Shown piece by piece: positions 45,605 to 46,760 of a DNA stretch of 46,760 nt. The notes below the pieces were generated by a model that searched no databases, was not told the DNA's origin, and worked only from the letters and a program-made list of their open reading frames with translations. This DNA is from Deltaproteobacteria bacterium. Lineage in GTDB: Bacteria > Desulfobacterota > JAENJC01. The stretch is from assembly GCA_016208525.1 (NCBI GenBank), contig JACQYJ010000004.1, forward strand, positions 1-46,760, read 5' to 3'. Positions within the stretch are counted from its first letter, which is position 1, and each line of letters opens with the position of its first letter. The position numbers were made by a program, and so were the translations under genes.

Positions 45605-46705
45605 CTGGCAGAGATAGACCTGGATGCCCTTGGTTATAATTACAGCAAGATAAAAGAAAAGACAGGGGACAAAAAGGTACTTGCCGTTGCAAAGGCCAAT
45701 GCCTATGGACATGGCGCTGTGGAGGTTTCAGGTGAGCTGGAAAGGCTCGGCGCCGACTATCTGGGCGTTGCCATCCTTCCTGAAGGGATTGAACTCAGAA
45801 ATGCAGGGATCAGCAGGCCGATACTCCTTCTGAACGGCATATTCCAGGGGGAGGCTGCTTATGTGCTTAAGCATAACCTTACCCCCGTGATCTTTTCAAT
45901 AGATACCGCCATGGAGATTTCCAGTGAGGCTGCTAAGGCCGGAAAAACAGTCCCTGTGCATGTAAAGATAGATACGGGGATGAGGAGGCTTGGGCTCTTG
46001 CCGGGCGAAGTAGAGCAGTTTTTGGGAAGACTCAAAGAACTGAAAAACATAAAGGTTGAAGGGGTTCTCTCCCACTTTGCAACAGCGGACAGCAAGGACA
46101 GAGGGTTCATGGATGAGCAGGTCGGCGCTTTTTCTGATGTAGTCGGGAAAATCAGGTCTATGGGGTTTTCCCCTGAGTATATCCATATAGCCAACAGCGC
46201 TGCAATAATTGCCGACAACCTCCCTGATTATCTTAACATGGTGAGGCCTGGAATAACCCTTTACGGCTCCCACCCCTCCATCTGGTTCCGGGATAAGATA
46301 GACCTGAAGCCGGTCATGACCCTTAGAAGCGGGTTAGTCCAGATAAAAAGGGTTAAGAAGGGTGAAAGTGTAAGCTATGCAAGGACGTTCACGGCTGAGA
46401 GGGACAGTATTGTAGCGGTGGCGCCGATAGGATATGCCGACGGGTATCCGAGGCGCCTTTCCAATATTGGCGAGGTAATAATAAGGGGGAAGACCGCTAA
46501 AGTAGCAGGGCTTGTATGCATGGACCTCCTGATGATAGATGTAACCGATGTGCCTGAGGTGTCTGCAGGTGATAAAGTGGTTCTGTGGGGAGTCGGGATG
46601 CATGTTGACGAACTGGCAAGGAAGGCGGGAACCATTTCATACGAACTTTTTTGCAGGGTCTCCGGAAGGGTGCCGAGGAATTATATAAAACAAGGTAAAA
46701 GGTGA
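45605..46705 (+). CDS. alr: Alanine racemase (start codon uncertain; no canonical start upstream of the catalytic Lys)
   Basis: The frame is open from 45557. The conserved N-terminus (GRPT)LAEIDLDALGYNY..VLAVAKANAYGHG, which includes the PLP lysine, lies upstream of the track's GTG at 45719. The only in-frame candidates are CTG 45605 (9 nt after aggga), CTG 45620, ATC 45578 and ATT 45557. The C-terminal part reads VSYARTF..IGYADGYPR. Confidence 0.8.
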   Translation: MAEIDLDALGYNYSKIKEKTGDKKVLAVAKANAYGHGAVEVSGELERLGADYLGVAILPEGIELRNAGISRPILLLNGIFQGEAAYVLKHNLTPVIFSIDTAMEISSEAAKAGKTVPVHVKIDTGMRRLGLLPGEVEQFLGRLKELKNIKVEGVLSHFATADSKDRGFMDEQVGAFSDVVGKIRSMGFSPEYIHIANSAAIIADNLPDYLNMVRPGITLYGSHPSIWFRDKIDLKPVMTLRSGLVQIKRVKKGESVSYARTFTAERDSIVAVAPIGYADGYPRRLSNIGEVIIRGKTAKVAGLVCMDLLMIDVTDVPEVSAGDKVVLWGVGMHVDELARKAGTISYELFCRVSGRVPRNYIKQGKR

Positions 46706-46760
46706 AAGGTGAAAGGCAAAAGGTAAAAGGTGAAAGGTGAAAGGCAAAAGGTGAAAGGCA
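46692..46760. repeat. AAGGTGA/AAGGTAA/AAGGCAA heptamer array (~10 units, higher-order 28-nt period) running to the window edge
   Basis: Sequence is aaggtaa aaggtga aaggtga aaggcaa aaggtaa aaggtga aaggtga aaggcaa aaggtga aaggca. The alr stop TGA (46703-46705) is inside unit 2. Confidence 0.85.

Overview
This 46.8-kb chromosomal window comes from an LPS-making (Gram-negative type) bacterium. It is probably an uncultured lineage; a Nitrospirota- or Deltaproteobacteria-like MAG is only a low-confidence guess from repeat content and gene order. No rRNA gene, tRNA gene or CRISPR array was found.

Most of the window is housekeeping:
- Minus strand, 1-15.4 kb: a REC-GAF-GGDEF-like response regulator (partial at the edge, missing from the ORF track), a BFN nuclease, miaB, a truncated FNT channel, waaA, an ABC-2 exporter pair, then an accessory island, then a DUF374 acyltransferase, lpxB and a PAP2 phosphatase.
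- Plus strand, 15.6-27.4 kb: rpsB-tsf-pyrH-frr-uppS-cdsA, a LivJ/H/M-type transporter without ATPase genes followed by a PAS-GGDEF-EAL protein, a deoxynucleoside kinase, and panB.
- Remainder: tgt, queA, a SpoIID-like protein, a split pmbA/tldD gene, a GNAT, recN, hicBA, nadK, mutS, a 1274-1280 aa multidomain orphan protein, moaC, moaA and alr.

Five things are worth a second look:
1. A ~5.8-kb accessory island (7.2-13.0 kb) sits inside the lipid A/Kdo gene string. It carries an intact DUF3800 gene and an intact HEPN-like (Rx4H) gene, next to heavily decayed helicase and RM relics and a PIN/RHH toxin-antitoxin pair.
2. The giant HEAT / Zn-ribbon / TPR / SEC-C / DUF2384-like protein lies immediately downstream of mutS.
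3. The repeat load is extraordinary: a MITE with 5-bp target-site duplications, a GGGGACAGTCCC palindrome family, and pervasive heptanucleotide tandem arrays. Many of these sit in frame inside essential genes or supply their start codons, stop codons or a signal peptide.
4. Several conserved proteins show apparent in-frame lesions: mutS lacks the TPGT segment, the EAL domain lacks its EITE segment, and alr has no canonical start codon.
5. There is a possible Moco riboswitch upstream of moaC.

All calls were made by eye from the sequence and the supplied translations. Family assignments rest on recalled motifs, and repeat boundaries are accurate to a few nt.
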